Below, piece after piece: positions 1 through 8,742 of a DNA stretch of 64,000 bases. The DNA is from an uncultured Acidobacteriota bacterium. Lineage in GTDB: Bacteria > Acidobacteriota > Vicinamibacteria > Vicinamibacterales > UBA2999. A program made the translations under genes and the position numbers. Numbering within the stretch: the first letter of the stretch is position 1; each line of letters begins with the position of its first letter. The stretch covers positions 2,647,350 through 2,711,349 of the forward strand of contig CAWJVW010000005.1 in the NCBI GenBank assembly GCA_963846425.1, written 5' to 3'. The notes under the pieces were generated by a model that saw only the letters and a list, made by a program, of their open reading frames with translations, was not told the origin of the DNA and ran no database searches.

Positions 1-964
1 CAACGGTGATCCCAAAACTGGGGACGAACCAGATCGTCGCCAGCATCAGGGTGCTCAGGCACAGGCCAATCAGCAAAACGGTTGTACGTCGTCGAAAGAC
101 GCGACCCAGGTGCGGCACGAGCAGGCCGCCGGCAATTTGGGCCCCAGCGACGATCGCAGCCGCCAGTCCGGCAATCGCATAGGCACGTTGGTTGCCCCAC
201 AGTTCCAGCAGGTAGGGTTGCATCGCGTAGAACGCGTAGATCGTGACGCCGTCGGTGAAGAGGCCTGCCAGCATGATCCAGCGCACTGGCGGGTTGGCGA
301 GGCCCTGCTCGATCGAGCTGCGCAGAAGACTCTTCACTTCTTTCACAGGGTGCTTGTTGGCGCTTGGCGAGAATCCCAGGTCGCGCATCAAGGTGAAGGC
401 AACGAAAAAAGTGGCGCCAAGCACGAGCGCGCGAAGGACGTATGGAACGCCAAGATTGGTGGCTTGTGCCACGACCCCTCCCGCGACCGACCCGGAGAGC
501 ATCGCAACCCCCTCCACGATCTCACCCTTCGCCAGAACCTGTTCGAGCGTCCCTCCTCCCTCGAAGTACCCGCTGAACGTCAACGCGTCGACCAGCCACG
601 CCTGCACGGCTCCCGAGAAGAACGTAAAGCCTAGGCCGAGAAATACGGAGGCGATCGCCCATGCGGCGAAGGGCGCGGAGAGATACCACATCAGGAGATA
701 CAGCAGCGTGGAAATCGCGAGCGTGATCGTGCCGAGCAGATAGGAGAGTCGACGTCCGCGGGTGTCGGCAACGACACCCGTGGGAACCTCGAAGATCACC
801 AGACCGGCGGTGAAAAAGGCGTTCGCGGCGAACGCCTCGGTGTTGCTCAATCCCGCATCGAGCAGAAAGAGCGTGTTGATGCCCCAGATAAACGACGCTG
901 CCAGCGTGTGGAGCAGCAGCAGGAGCAAGTAAACGTTCTGAACCTTGCGCGACGCGGGGTTCAA
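1..964 (-). CDS. MFS transporter (partial; 3' end runs off the window at position 1)
   Basis: Absent from the ORF track because it is edge-truncated. My manual minus-strand translation is stop-free from 964 to 2. It reads ...KVQNVYLLLLLLHTLAASFIWGINTLFLLDAGLSNTEAFAANAFFTAGLVIFEVPTGVVADTRGRRLSYLLG...VPHLGRVFRRRTTVLLIGLCLSTLMLATIWFVPSFGITV. This shows a continuous TM-helix pattern plus the MFS TM2/3 loop signature D-x-x-G-R-R. Start is uncertain: there is no ATG, and TTG at 964-962 overlapping the upstream TGA is my best guess. Listed + ORFs 110..634 and 243..743 look like Arg/Pro-rich shadow ORFs. Confidence 0.65.
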   Translation of the reverse strand, partial: MNPASRKVQNVYLLLLLLHTLAASFIWGINTLFLLDAGLSNTEAFAANAFFTAGLVIFEVPTGVVADTRGRRLSYLLGTITLAISTLLYLLMWYLSAPFAAWAIASVFLGLGFTFFSGAVQAWLVDALTFSGYFEGGGTLEQVLAKGEIVEGVAMLSGSVAGGVVAQATNLGVPYVLRALVLGATFFVAFTLMRDLGFSPSANKHPVKEVKSLLRSSIEQGLANPPVRWIMLAGLFTDGVTIYAFYAMQPYLLELWGNQRAYAIAGLAAAIVAGAQIAGGLLVPHLGRVFRRRTTVLLIGLCLSTLMLATIWFVPSFGITV

Positions 965-2331
965 ATCACGCTGTTACCCTGGCGCAGTGCGCTGGCCATG
1001 TTGGTCAACGCCAACTCCACCAGCTTTCGCGACGTCGCGATGTTCATCCGCATGTGCCCGGCGCCGCCGTAGCCGTACGAGGCGCCCTGGTTCATGTGCA
1101 CCTTCGCGTGTTTCACGAAATAGCGTTCCACCATGGTCTCTGGTGTGACGGGCGCGGCGCTGGTCTTGCTCGCCTCGGCGGCGAGCGCCTTGGCGCCGAT
1201 CTTGTCGACGACCGCGCTCACGTCGAGCCAGGCGAGGTACGTGCCCTCAGGTTTGACGTACTTGACCATCGGCATGTTGGCGTTGATGAACCGCGCCACG
1301 AAGTCGTGATTGCCGTCGATGTAGTCCACGGCCTGGGTGAGCCAGTCTTCGCCATCGGCATACGCCGCGCGATTGGCGACCATACCGAGCGTGCTCAGGT
1401 CCGCACGGTGATTGACCTTCACCTTCTCGAGCAACTCCTGATTGGTGGAATAGAACCACCCGATCTTGTGCGCGGCAAGACCGAACGACTTGCTGGCGGC
1501 CTTGAAGGTGAGACTGTTGTTGACGATGTCGCGATTGGGCAGGCTCGCAAACGGCGTGTACCTGTGTCCCTTCGTGACGAAGTCACAGTGGATTTCATCG
1601 GCCAGGACAATCACGCCGCGCTTGAGGCAGATCTCGCCGAGCCTGGTGAGATCCTCGGCGTTCCAGCAGTTGCCCGTCGGATTCTGCGGGTTGCAAAGAA
1701 TGAGCGTCTTGGTGTCGGCACTGATCCGCCGCTCCAGATCCTCGAAGTCCATCGAGTAGCGACCGTCCACCAGCTTGAGGGGGCTTTCTTCCGGCGTGAC
1801 CTGAGCAAACCTCAGGTCTGAATAAAACCCGTTGTAGGTCGGCGTCTGCAGCAAGACCTTGCTGCCTCGCGGTGAAAAGGTCACGAGCGCCGCAATGAGC
1901 GCGGGGTGAACACCAGAGGCAATCACCAGCGAATCGGGGTTGATGTCCACGCCATACCGGCGTTTGTTCCAGGCGGCCACGCCCTCGTAAAAGGATCGCT
2001 GGCCTGGCATATCGAGGTAACCCCAGTTTTCATGCTCGAGGCGATCGCGCAACGCTTTGGTGATGCCTGGCGCGGCTCTGAAGTCCATGTCCGCGATTCC
2101 CATCCCGACCGCGATGCTGCCCGGACCGTACGTCCTGAGCTGTTGATCCCATTTAGTACAGTCGGTCCCGACACGGTTGTAAATCGTGTCGAAGTCGTAC
2201 TTCCCGTCGGGTGCTTTAACCGCGGGAGCGGCGACGAGCGACGGCGCCCTTACGCCGGCCGCGCCGACGAGTGCGGTCATGCCCGCGGTCTTCAGGAACG
2301 CTCTGCGGTCGAGTGCTGCACGTGGTGCCAT
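961..2331 (-). CDS. PLP-dependent C-S lyase / class I-II aminotransferase fold (MalY/PatB-like) with twin-arginine signal peptide
   Basis: 456-aa ORF. The N-terminus MAPRAALDRRAFLKTAGMTALVGAAG carries a Tat motif (RRxFLK) plus a hydrophobic region. The body has aminotransferase motifs LILCNPQNPTG and the PLP-lysine context KAASKSFGLAA. Confidence 0.8.
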   Translation of the reverse strand: MAPRAALDRRAFLKTAGMTALVGAAGVRAPSLVAAPAVKAPDGKYDFDTIYNRVGTDCTKWDQQLRTYGPGSIAVGMGIADMDFRAAPGITKALRDRLEHENWGYLDMPGQRSFYEGVAAWNKRRYGVDINPDSLVIASGVHPALIAALVTFSPRGSKVLLQTPTYNGFYSDLRFAQVTPEESPLKLVDGRYSMDFEDLERRISADTKTLILCNPQNPTGNCWNAEDLTRLGEICLKRGVIVLADEIHCDFVTKGHRYTPFASLPNRDIVNNSLTFKAASKSFGLAAHKIGWFYSTNQELLEKVKVNHRADLSTLGMVANRAAYADGEDWLTQAVDYIDGNHDFVARFINANMPMVKYVKPEGTYLAWLDVSAVVDKIGAKALAAEASKTSAAPVTPETMVERYFVKHAKVHMNQGASYGYGGAGHMRMNIATSRKLVELALTNMASALRQGNSVI

Positions 2332-2515
2332 GCCGGTGCCCCCCTTGGAGATTTGCGCTGCCGACTGCTCGTCTTGCCGCGGACCCGACCCCCGGCCGAC
2401 TCGGGCATACTACACCCGAATTGGCCCGCCCCGCCGGAGGCGGGGTAAGACCAGCACTGTGACTAGCGAGGCGGAGCCACACTCGACATGCTCGCCGGTC
2501 TAAGGCGGAGCCTCG

Positions 2516-3217
2516 CTAGTTCTTCGTCAGGCTCAGGCCGCTCACCACGGCGTCGGTATTGTGGGCGAAACGGATTCCGTACACCCCGTCCGTGGACTTG
2601 AGTTTGCCGGCGGCCACCAGATCAGCTTTGGGGTACCCCGCCACGACCGTGCCGTTGATGGCGCACTCGAGTCGATCGCCCTTGACCGATACCGCAATCT
2701 CCTGGGTCACCGACGCGCCTTTGCCTGCGGCCTTGTGGACCGCGGCGTTGGGCTCCGGACGTCGCCCGCCCATTTGAAAGGGCTCGGGACCAAAGCCCCG
2801 CACGATGAAGCTGCCGTCGCCGTACGCGGCGCAATAAAGATAACTCTGCTGTGCGGTGCCTAGATCGTTCCCGCCAATGACGATGCCGTAGGGGTGGGGG
2901 TGGTCATTGAGGCCCATGTAATTCGACTCGGTGAACGTCGCCTTCACCGTGTAGTTGCCCGTCGCCGTGTTCTTGGGATTCCAGTACGTCACGGCAGGGC
3001 CTGTCGTGACCTGGAGGTCTTTGCCAGTCGGCGCGAGCTTCGAATTGTTCAGGGTCTGTCCAGCCTTTTCCTCTTGAGCGTCGATTTTTCCAGTCCACCC
3101 TGGAACGGAAATGCCACCACCCGCAACGACGCGCGCAGCGTCCTGCGCCTGCGCGGTGATGTGCGTGGACGCGAACAGGAGAGCGAGAGCTAACGACGAA
3201 CGATGCACGAAACGCAT
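2516..3217 (-). CDS. secreted protein, DUF1080-like (LamG/3-keto-disaccharide-hydrolase-type jelly roll)
   Basis: 233 aa with signal peptide MRFVHRSSLALALLFASTHITAQA. C-terminal ...DGVYGIRFAHNTDAVVSGLSLTK resembles DUF1080 family ends. The family assignment is from memory only. Confidence 0.5.
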   Translation of the reverse strand: MRFVHRSSLALALLFASTHITAQAQDAARVVAGGGISVPGWTGKIDAQEEKAGQTLNNSKLAPTGKDLQVTTGPAVTYWNPKNTATGNYTVKATFTESNYMGLNDHPHPYGIVIGGNDLGTAQQSYLYCAAYGDGSFIVRGFGPEPFQMGGRRPEPNAAVHKAAGKGASVTQEIAVSVKGDRLECAINGTVVAGYPKADLVAAGKLKSTDGVYGIRFAHNTDAVVSGLSLTKN

Positions 3218-3275
3218 GTGAGTCCTCTCCGTGAAAAAGGTACAGCATCAAGAATATTACGATGCGGGCCGTCCA

Positions 3276-3335
3276 GGGGACAGGCCTTGTCATCGGGGGA
3301 CAGTCCCTGTCATCGGGGGACAGTCCCCCTATCCC
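3276..3335. repeat. 3 tandem 20-bp units with GGGGACAG(G/T)CC core
   Basis: Units are ggggacaggccttgtcatcg (3276-3295), ggggacagtccctgtcatcg (3296-3315) and ggggacagtccccctatccc (3316-3335). The array is intergenic, between the LigD-pol stop (3351) and the DUF1080-like start (3217). Confidence 0.9.
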
Positions 3336-3350
3336 GCAGCGGCGGTTTCT

Positions 3351-4217
3351 TCAAAGGCGTCGCAGTTTTTGAAGCGGGCGAGTCAACGATCGGCCACGCC
3401 TCCGCATGTCGGACCACAGATCACCGACCGCCGCTACTCGAACGGCCATAGTCCGCAGCGTGAACGTGCCGGGACCAATCTCGCCGTGTTCGAGCTCTTC
3501 CCACGTGCAGGGCGCGGACACCGGCGCGCCGGGCTTCGCACGCACGGCATACGCTGCGGCGAACGTCGCACCGTAGCCGTTGCGGCCAGTGTCGACGTAG
3601 ATCCGCCCCCGGCGGTCGGCCTTGCTGAACTCCTGCGTGAGGTGGGCAGGATCGCGATTTACCAGCGTCGTGCCCACGCTGTTCGCGAATTGTGCGACGT
3701 CGCTAAATCCCGCCTTGCCGTCGAGCGGGACGACAATGTGAAACCCCTTGGAGCCTGATGTCTTGAGCCAGCTGGGGAGGCCCAGCTCATTGAGAAGCTC
3801 GCGCAGCGCGAGCGCGGCCCCGCGCAGCTCCTCGGGCCGATCGGTCGAGGGATCCAAATCAAAGACACAAATATCCGGGTAATAGAGATTTGGCACGCGT
3901 GAGGTCCACACGTGCGGGGTGATCGTGTTCTGATTGGCAACCCAGAGCAGGGATCGCTTGTCGCGGATGATCGGATGGTGCACCGTCCCATCCTTTTTGG
4001 GGACGTCGACCCGCTCGAGCCACGCCGGGAAACCCTTGGACACATCCTTCTGCCAGAATCCCTTCTCGCCGATGCCCGAGGGATAACGCTCCATCGTAAT
4101 CGGACGCCCCCGGATGTGCGGCAGCATGACAAGCGCGATCGTCTCGTAGTACGCAGCCAGCTCCCCCTTGGTAATCCCCTCGTCCGGAAACAGCACCTTG
4201 TCAGGATGAGTGATCAT
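3351..4217 (-). CDS. ligD: NHEJ DNA polymerase/primase, LigD polymerase domain (stand-alone)
   Basis: MITHPDKVLFPDEGITKGELAAYY..., catalytic VFDLDP, and SGSKGFHIVVPL are typical of the LigD Pol/AEP primase domain. The ORF track starts at TTG 4229. ATG 4217 gives the canonical N-terminus, so the start is uncertain by 12 nt. Confidence 0.88.
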   Translation of the reverse strand: MITHPDKVLFPDEGITKGELAAYYETIALVMLPHIRGRPITMERYPSGIGEKGFWQKDVSKGFPAWLERVDVPKKDGTVHHPIIRDKRSLLWVANQNTITPHVWTSRVPNLYYPDICVFDLDPSTDRPEELRGAALALRELLNELGLPSWLKTSGSKGFHIVVPLDGKAGFSDVAQFANSVGTTLVNRDPAHLTQEFSKADRRGRIYVDTGRNGYGATFAAAYAVRAKPGAPVSAPCTWEELEHGEIGPGTFTLRTMAVRVAAVGDLWSDMRRRGRSLTRPLQKLRRL

Positions 4218-4236
4218 CGGTGTCAGCAACTGCGGG

Positions 4237-4257
4237 AAAAGGGGACTGTCCCCTTTT
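4237..4257. promoter_or_regulatory. perfect 21-bp palindrome AAAAGGGGACTGTCCCCTTTT (candidate operator or hairpin)
   Basis: 10+1+10 perfect inverted repeat centred on T4247. It lies in the 36-bp gap between the ligase stop (4266) and the pol start (4217/4229). It is identical to 24682-24702. Confidence 0.6.
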
Positions 4258-4265
4258 TCCTGGAA

Positions 4266-5093
4266 TCACCGGATGGCCAGCAGCCGCGAGTGGCGAAGCT
4301 TGCGATGCACCGTCCATTCGATGAAGGCAACGTGCGCGACGATCTCAGGTCGCACCCAGTGGGCGCGAATACGCGGCAGGCCGACCGCTTTGGTGAAGGG
4401 CGGCTTCGGGATCTCGAGCGCATCCAGCCGCGCGCGCAGTTCCAGAAGAAGCTTGGTATCGAAGCCGGTGCCGACCCTGCCGGCGAAGACGAAGTCGCCG
4501 TGCTCGAAGAAGCCGACGAGAAGCGCCCCGAGTCCGACGCGTCCGCCCTGCGGATCCGTAAACCCCCCGACGACGAAGTCCTGCGACGCCTCGCATTTCA
4601 TTTTCAGCCAGTGTGGCGAACGGCGGTGCTCGTATCGCGAGTCGCGCCGCTTGGCAATCACGCCCTCCCAGCCTTCGGCGCTCGCCCGTTCCCACGGTTT
4701 CGGATCATCGAGCGCATCCACGTGCGCGAGGGGCGCCCGAAACGTCATCTGTCTCACGAGCGCTCGTCGCGCATCGAGCGGCAAGGACGTCACGTCGCGA
4801 CCGTTGATCCACATGAGGTCGAAAACATGATAGGTCACGCGGGACCGTCCAAACGTGACTTCGCCGTCGAGGATCACATCGTCAACTGGCAAGGCTGCAA
4901 CCGCTGCCGCGACGGACGGGAGGCTCTGTGGCAGGCGGTTGCGGGAGAGCAGTCGAACCTCCGACCCGTTCTTGAACGCGATCAACCGGATGCCGTCGAA
5001 CTTGCGCTCGAAGATCCAGTCGGGTCCGGTGAACCGTTCCTCGGTCAAGGTCGCCGCCATGGGTACGAGCCAGTCGGGGAAGGTTGATGTCAC
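4266..5093 (-). CDS. ligD: ATP-dependent DNA ligase (LigD ligase domain, stand-alone)
   Basis: 275 aa. Ligase motifs are I ERKFDGIR (KxDG), III LDGEV, IIIa YHVFDLMW, IV EGVIAKR and V WLKMK. No phosphoesterase domain is present. Confidence 0.88.
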   Translation of the reverse strand: MTSTFPDWLVPMAATLTEERFTGPDWIFERKFDGIRLIAFKNGSEVRLLSRNRLPQSLPSVAAAVAALPVDDVILDGEVTFGRSRVTYHVFDLMWINGRDVTSLPLDARRALVRQMTFRAPLAHVDALDDPKPWERASAEGWEGVIAKRRDSRYEHRRSPHWLKMKCEASQDFVVGGFTDPQGGRVGLGALLVGFFEHGDFVFAGRVGTGFDTKLLLELRARLDALEIPKPPFTKAVGLPRIRAHWVRPEIVAHVAFIEWTVHRKLRHSRLLAIR

Positions 5094-5174
5094 TGACGAA
5101 AATCATTGTATCCACGGCGGTCCGAGGAGCGGCCGCGATGAACAATCGCATGACTCCGGCCGTCTGATTCGAGG

Positions 5175-7716
5175 ATGAAGTCCATCATTCAGGACGTCCG
5201 CTTCGGCCTGCGCCTCCTGATTCGTCAGCCGGGTTTTACTGCGATCGCGCTCGTGGTGCTGGCGTTGGGTATCGGCGTCAACACAGCGGCGTTCAGCCTG
5301 GTCAACGCGCTGATGCTCAAACCGCGCACTGGAGGAGTTGACGCGGAGCTCGCTGGCGTGTACAGCCGCAATCGCACCAGACCCGACACGTACCGCGAGT
5401 TTTCCTGGGCAGATTACGTCGCCCTTCGCGACGAGACCGATTTGTTCCGATCGCTTGCAGGTCACAGTTTTGGCCTTGTTGGAGTCGACGAGGGCGGGTC
5501 CACACGCCGGGTGTTTGCCAACATCGTGACCGCCAACTTTTTCGAGACGTTCGGCGTGAAGCCGGTACTCGGGCGGTCGTTCACACGCGAGGAAGAACGG
5601 CCCGGCGTAAACATCCCTGCAATCATCTTGAGTTACGGCCTGTGGAAACGTCTGGGCGGGTCGCCCGACATCGTTGGCGAATCGATCACCGTGAACACCC
5701 GAGCCTTCACGATTGTCGGCGTGGCCCCTGAAGGCTTCGGCGGATCGATGGTGATGGTCACCCCGGACGTCTGGGTGCCGACTGGCATGTACGACTCGAT
5801 CGCGTTCGAAGCCGTGAACGAGGGCGAAGCCGCGCGGCTCGGCGCACCTGGATTCCGCGCGCTGATCCTGGTGGCACGACTTCCCGAGGCTGCAACAATT
5901 GGATCACTGACCCCTGGATTGGATCTCGCCACGCGCCGGATGGCTGCTGCCGACCCTGCGGCAAACGCCGAGTACGAGCTCCAGCTTGCGCCGCTCTCAC
6001 GGCTATCGGTCAGCACCCGCCCTCAGACCGACGGCGAACTGACGACGTTTCTGGGACTGCTGCTGTCGCTGGCGGGCGTGGTGCTACTGATCGCGTCGTT
6101 CAATCTCGCCAACATGTTGCTGGCACGCGGTCGCGCACGCAGTCGCGAGTTCGCCATCAGACTGGCCATCGGCGGCAGTCACTGGCGGCTCGTCCGCCAG
6201 CTCGTCATCGAGAGCCTCGTGCTCGCGCTCCTCGGCGGCGTCGGGGGCTTGCTGTTGTCATCGTGGGCAACTCGTTTTCTCTTTACCAACTTACCGGCCG
6301 TGATGCCAGTGTCGCTGGCCTTCGACGCCACGCCGGATGTGCGAGTGCTGGGCGCAACAGTTCTGTTCTCAGGTACTGTCGGCACTTGTCTTCGGCTTGG
6401 GACCAGCGTGGCGGTTCGCACTCACAGAGGTGTTGCCGGCGCTCAAGGAACAAGCCGGGGAAGCTGAGGCACGCCGACTCTGGTTGCGTTGGCTGACGAC
6501 GCGAGACCTACTGGTGATGGGACAGTTGGCGCTGACGTTTGTGATGTTGACGGCGGCGGGCCTCTTCGTCCGCGGTGCGATCGAAGCGGCTGAATCCGAT
6601 CCCGGTTTCACGCTCGATCGCGGCATCATAGCGAACCTCGACACGACGCTCCTGGGCCTGTCGCAGACCGAGAGCCGCAACTTCTATCGGCAGGCGCTCG
6701 AACGATTGCGCCGGCTGCCAGGCGTCCAGGTTGGCGCATTTGCCTCGCACATGCCCTTCGGTGAGTTCGAGGACGCGGTTGGCGTCCAGCTGCCTGGGGC
6801 ACCGCTGCGACGCGGCGATCCTGGGGCACAGGAACGCCTTTTCTCTGCGACCACAGCGAGCATTGGCGCCGGCTACTTCGATGCGATCGGAGTGCCGCTG
6901 CTACGCGGACGCGAGTTCAGCGAGGGCGAGGAGTTCGCCAGCGGTGGCGATGCGCTTGCGATCATCGACGAAACACTCGCCAGGCGATTGTTTCCCGATA
7001 CCGATCCGATTGATCAATCTGTCCAGATCGCGGGCGATCGCGAGGGCGATCCGCCGACGCTCGCGCGTGTCGTCGGCGTCGTCGGTGGTGTACGGCCGAA
7101 TCTGTTCGACGAAGGACCACGGCCCTTCCTGTATCGGCCGTACGGTCAAGAGCCGCGGGGCAGCATGTATTTGCACGCGCGGACGGCGGCGCCGACACCA
7201 ACGGCCGAGGCGGCGATGCTCCCAAGCGTGCGCAGGATGATCACCGAGATCGCGCCGACACCTCCACTGGTGTCGCTCGAGACCCGGCCGATGTTTCGCG
7301 AGCGGAACCTGCTGCTGGCCGTGGTGCGAACGGGAGCCGCGCTGTTCGCTGTATTTGGAGCTGCGGCCCTGACGCTCGCTGCCGTGGGTATTTACGGCGT
7401 CAAGTCGTACCTGGTTTCCCGGCGCACACGTGAAATTGGCGTGCGCGTCGCGCTGGGCGCCGAGCCGCGCGACGTAATCTGGATGGTGATCCGCGAGGGT
7501 CTCGTCCTCATCGGGGCGGGCGTCGTCGCGGGCGCCGCGTTGTCCCTCCTCACGGGTCAGGCCTTGCGAGCCGTGCTCTTCCAGGGCCGCGCGCTCGACT
7601 TACCGGTTATCCTTGCGGCCACAGCGACGCTAATCATCTCGGTCCTCCTGGCGAGCTGGTTGCCCGCGCGGCGCGCAACGCGTGTCGCGCCGGCTACGGC
7701 GCTTCGCAATCAGTAG
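5175..7716 (+). pseudogene. ADOP-family duplicated FtsX/MacB-type ABC permease, split by a frameshift near 6373
   Basis: ORFs 5175..6467 and 6337..7716 are in different frames. Together they are colinear with the intact 808-aa paralogues at 11386 and 44893. The join is ...DVRVLGATVLFS | VLSALVFGLGPAWRFALTEVLPALKEQ, compare [32 protein letters not shown] in the 40394 paralogue. This is either a true pseudogene or an assembly indel. Confidence 0.8.
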
Positions 7717-7726
7717 GCATGAAGAC

Positions 7727-8722
7727 ATGCTGAGAATCACTGTTTCGGCGCTGGTCCTCGCATCGACCGTTCTTGCCGCGCAGGGGCGGGACGTGACGCT
7801 TTGGGTCACGCTCGGCGATTCCGATCAGCTCGTGGAGGTGGACGCGTACACGTTCAAGGAAGTCCGTCGCATTACCACAGACCCTAGGCCGCATGGCCTG
7901 GCCGCGTCGCCTGACGGATCCAAGATCTACATCGGGAGCGATCGCACGGGGAACCTCCAGGTCATCGATGCGCGATCCGGCAAAGTCGAGGCGCAGATTC
8001 CGCTTGGCAAAGATCCCAATCAGCTGACGCTAACAAGAGACGGCCGGTTTGCCTATATGCCGATGCGCGGCGAGAACTCAGTTGCGATTGTCCAACTCGA
8101 TCCGCTGAAGCTCGTGAAAAAGATCCCGATGAGCGAGGGACCCCACGACGCATACACGTCGGCGGACGGGTCGCGCATTTACGTCGGCGCGCAGTACGGC
8201 AATGCGATCGCCGTCTTCGACACGGCCACGCATTCGTTGCTGCACGAGATCCCGACGAGCGACGGCGTCAGGCCACTCGAACCAACGCACGACGGCAAGA
8301 CCATCTACACTGCGCTGTCCCACCTGATTGGCTTTGTTGTCGTGGATCCCGTGAGCCGGACAGTCACCAGACGCGTCGAGCTCGGGCCGCTGCCAGAGGG
8401 TGTTCCCAAGCCGTACCTCAACACCTACACACATGCGCTCCAACTGGTGAAGAACGACTCCGAGATCTGGGTCACCGACTGCATCAATGACCTCGTGCGG
8501 ATCGTTCGGACGAGCGACCTGACAGAGGTCGCGCAGATCCGTGTTGGAAAATTCCCGCACTGGATTACAGTGCGTCCAGACGGGCAGGTCCTGTTCGTGA
8601 GCCTGTGGGATTCGCATGCGGTGGCCGCGATCGACATCAACAGCCGCAAGGTCCTGGCGAACGTGCAGTTCGCGCGCGGGACCGGACCGAAGCGGATTCT
8701 CGTCGCGCGCAAGTCACAGTAG
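7727..8722 (+). CDS. secreted YVTN-type beta-propeller repeat protein
   Basis: Start moved to ATG 7727 (MLRITVSALVLASTVLAAQG signal peptide), because track start 7682 overlaps the upstream gene. Repeated ...DGSKIYIGS.., DGRFAYMP.., DGSRIYVGA.., DGKTIYTA.., DGQVLFVS.. blades are present. Confidence 0.7.
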   Translation: MLRITVSALVLASTVLAAQGRDVTLWVTLGDSDQLVEVDAYTFKEVRRITTDPRPHGLAASPDGSKIYIGSDRTGNLQVIDARSGKVEAQIPLGKDPNQLTLTRDGRFAYMPMRGENSVAIVQLDPLKLVKKIPMSEGPHDAYTSADGSRIYVGAQYGNAIAVFDTATHSLLHEIPTSDGVRPLEPTHDGKTIYTALSHLIGFVVVDPVSRTVTRRVELGPLPEGVPKPYLNTYTHALQLVKNDSEIWVTDCINDLVRIVRTSDLTEVAQIRVGKFPHWITVRPDGQVLFVSLWDSHAVAAIDINSRKVLANVQFARGTGPKRILVARKSQ

Positions 8723-8742
8723 GCGCACGAACCGCACGACCG

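Noticed and set aside
3276-3335. The 20-bp repeat arrays (also at 26063-26122) as CRISPR arrays
   Set aside because: The units are directly adjacent with no spacers. There are only three copies, the unit is shorter than typical CRISPR repeats, and no cas genes are in the window.
4237-4257. The 21-bp palindromes as ordinary rho-independent terminators
   Set aside because: Not fully excluded. However, the GC part of the stem is only 4 bp, and the T-run is part of the stem rather than a trailing U-tract. One copy sits between two genes of an apparent operon just before a start codon, and the other overlaps a -10 box.
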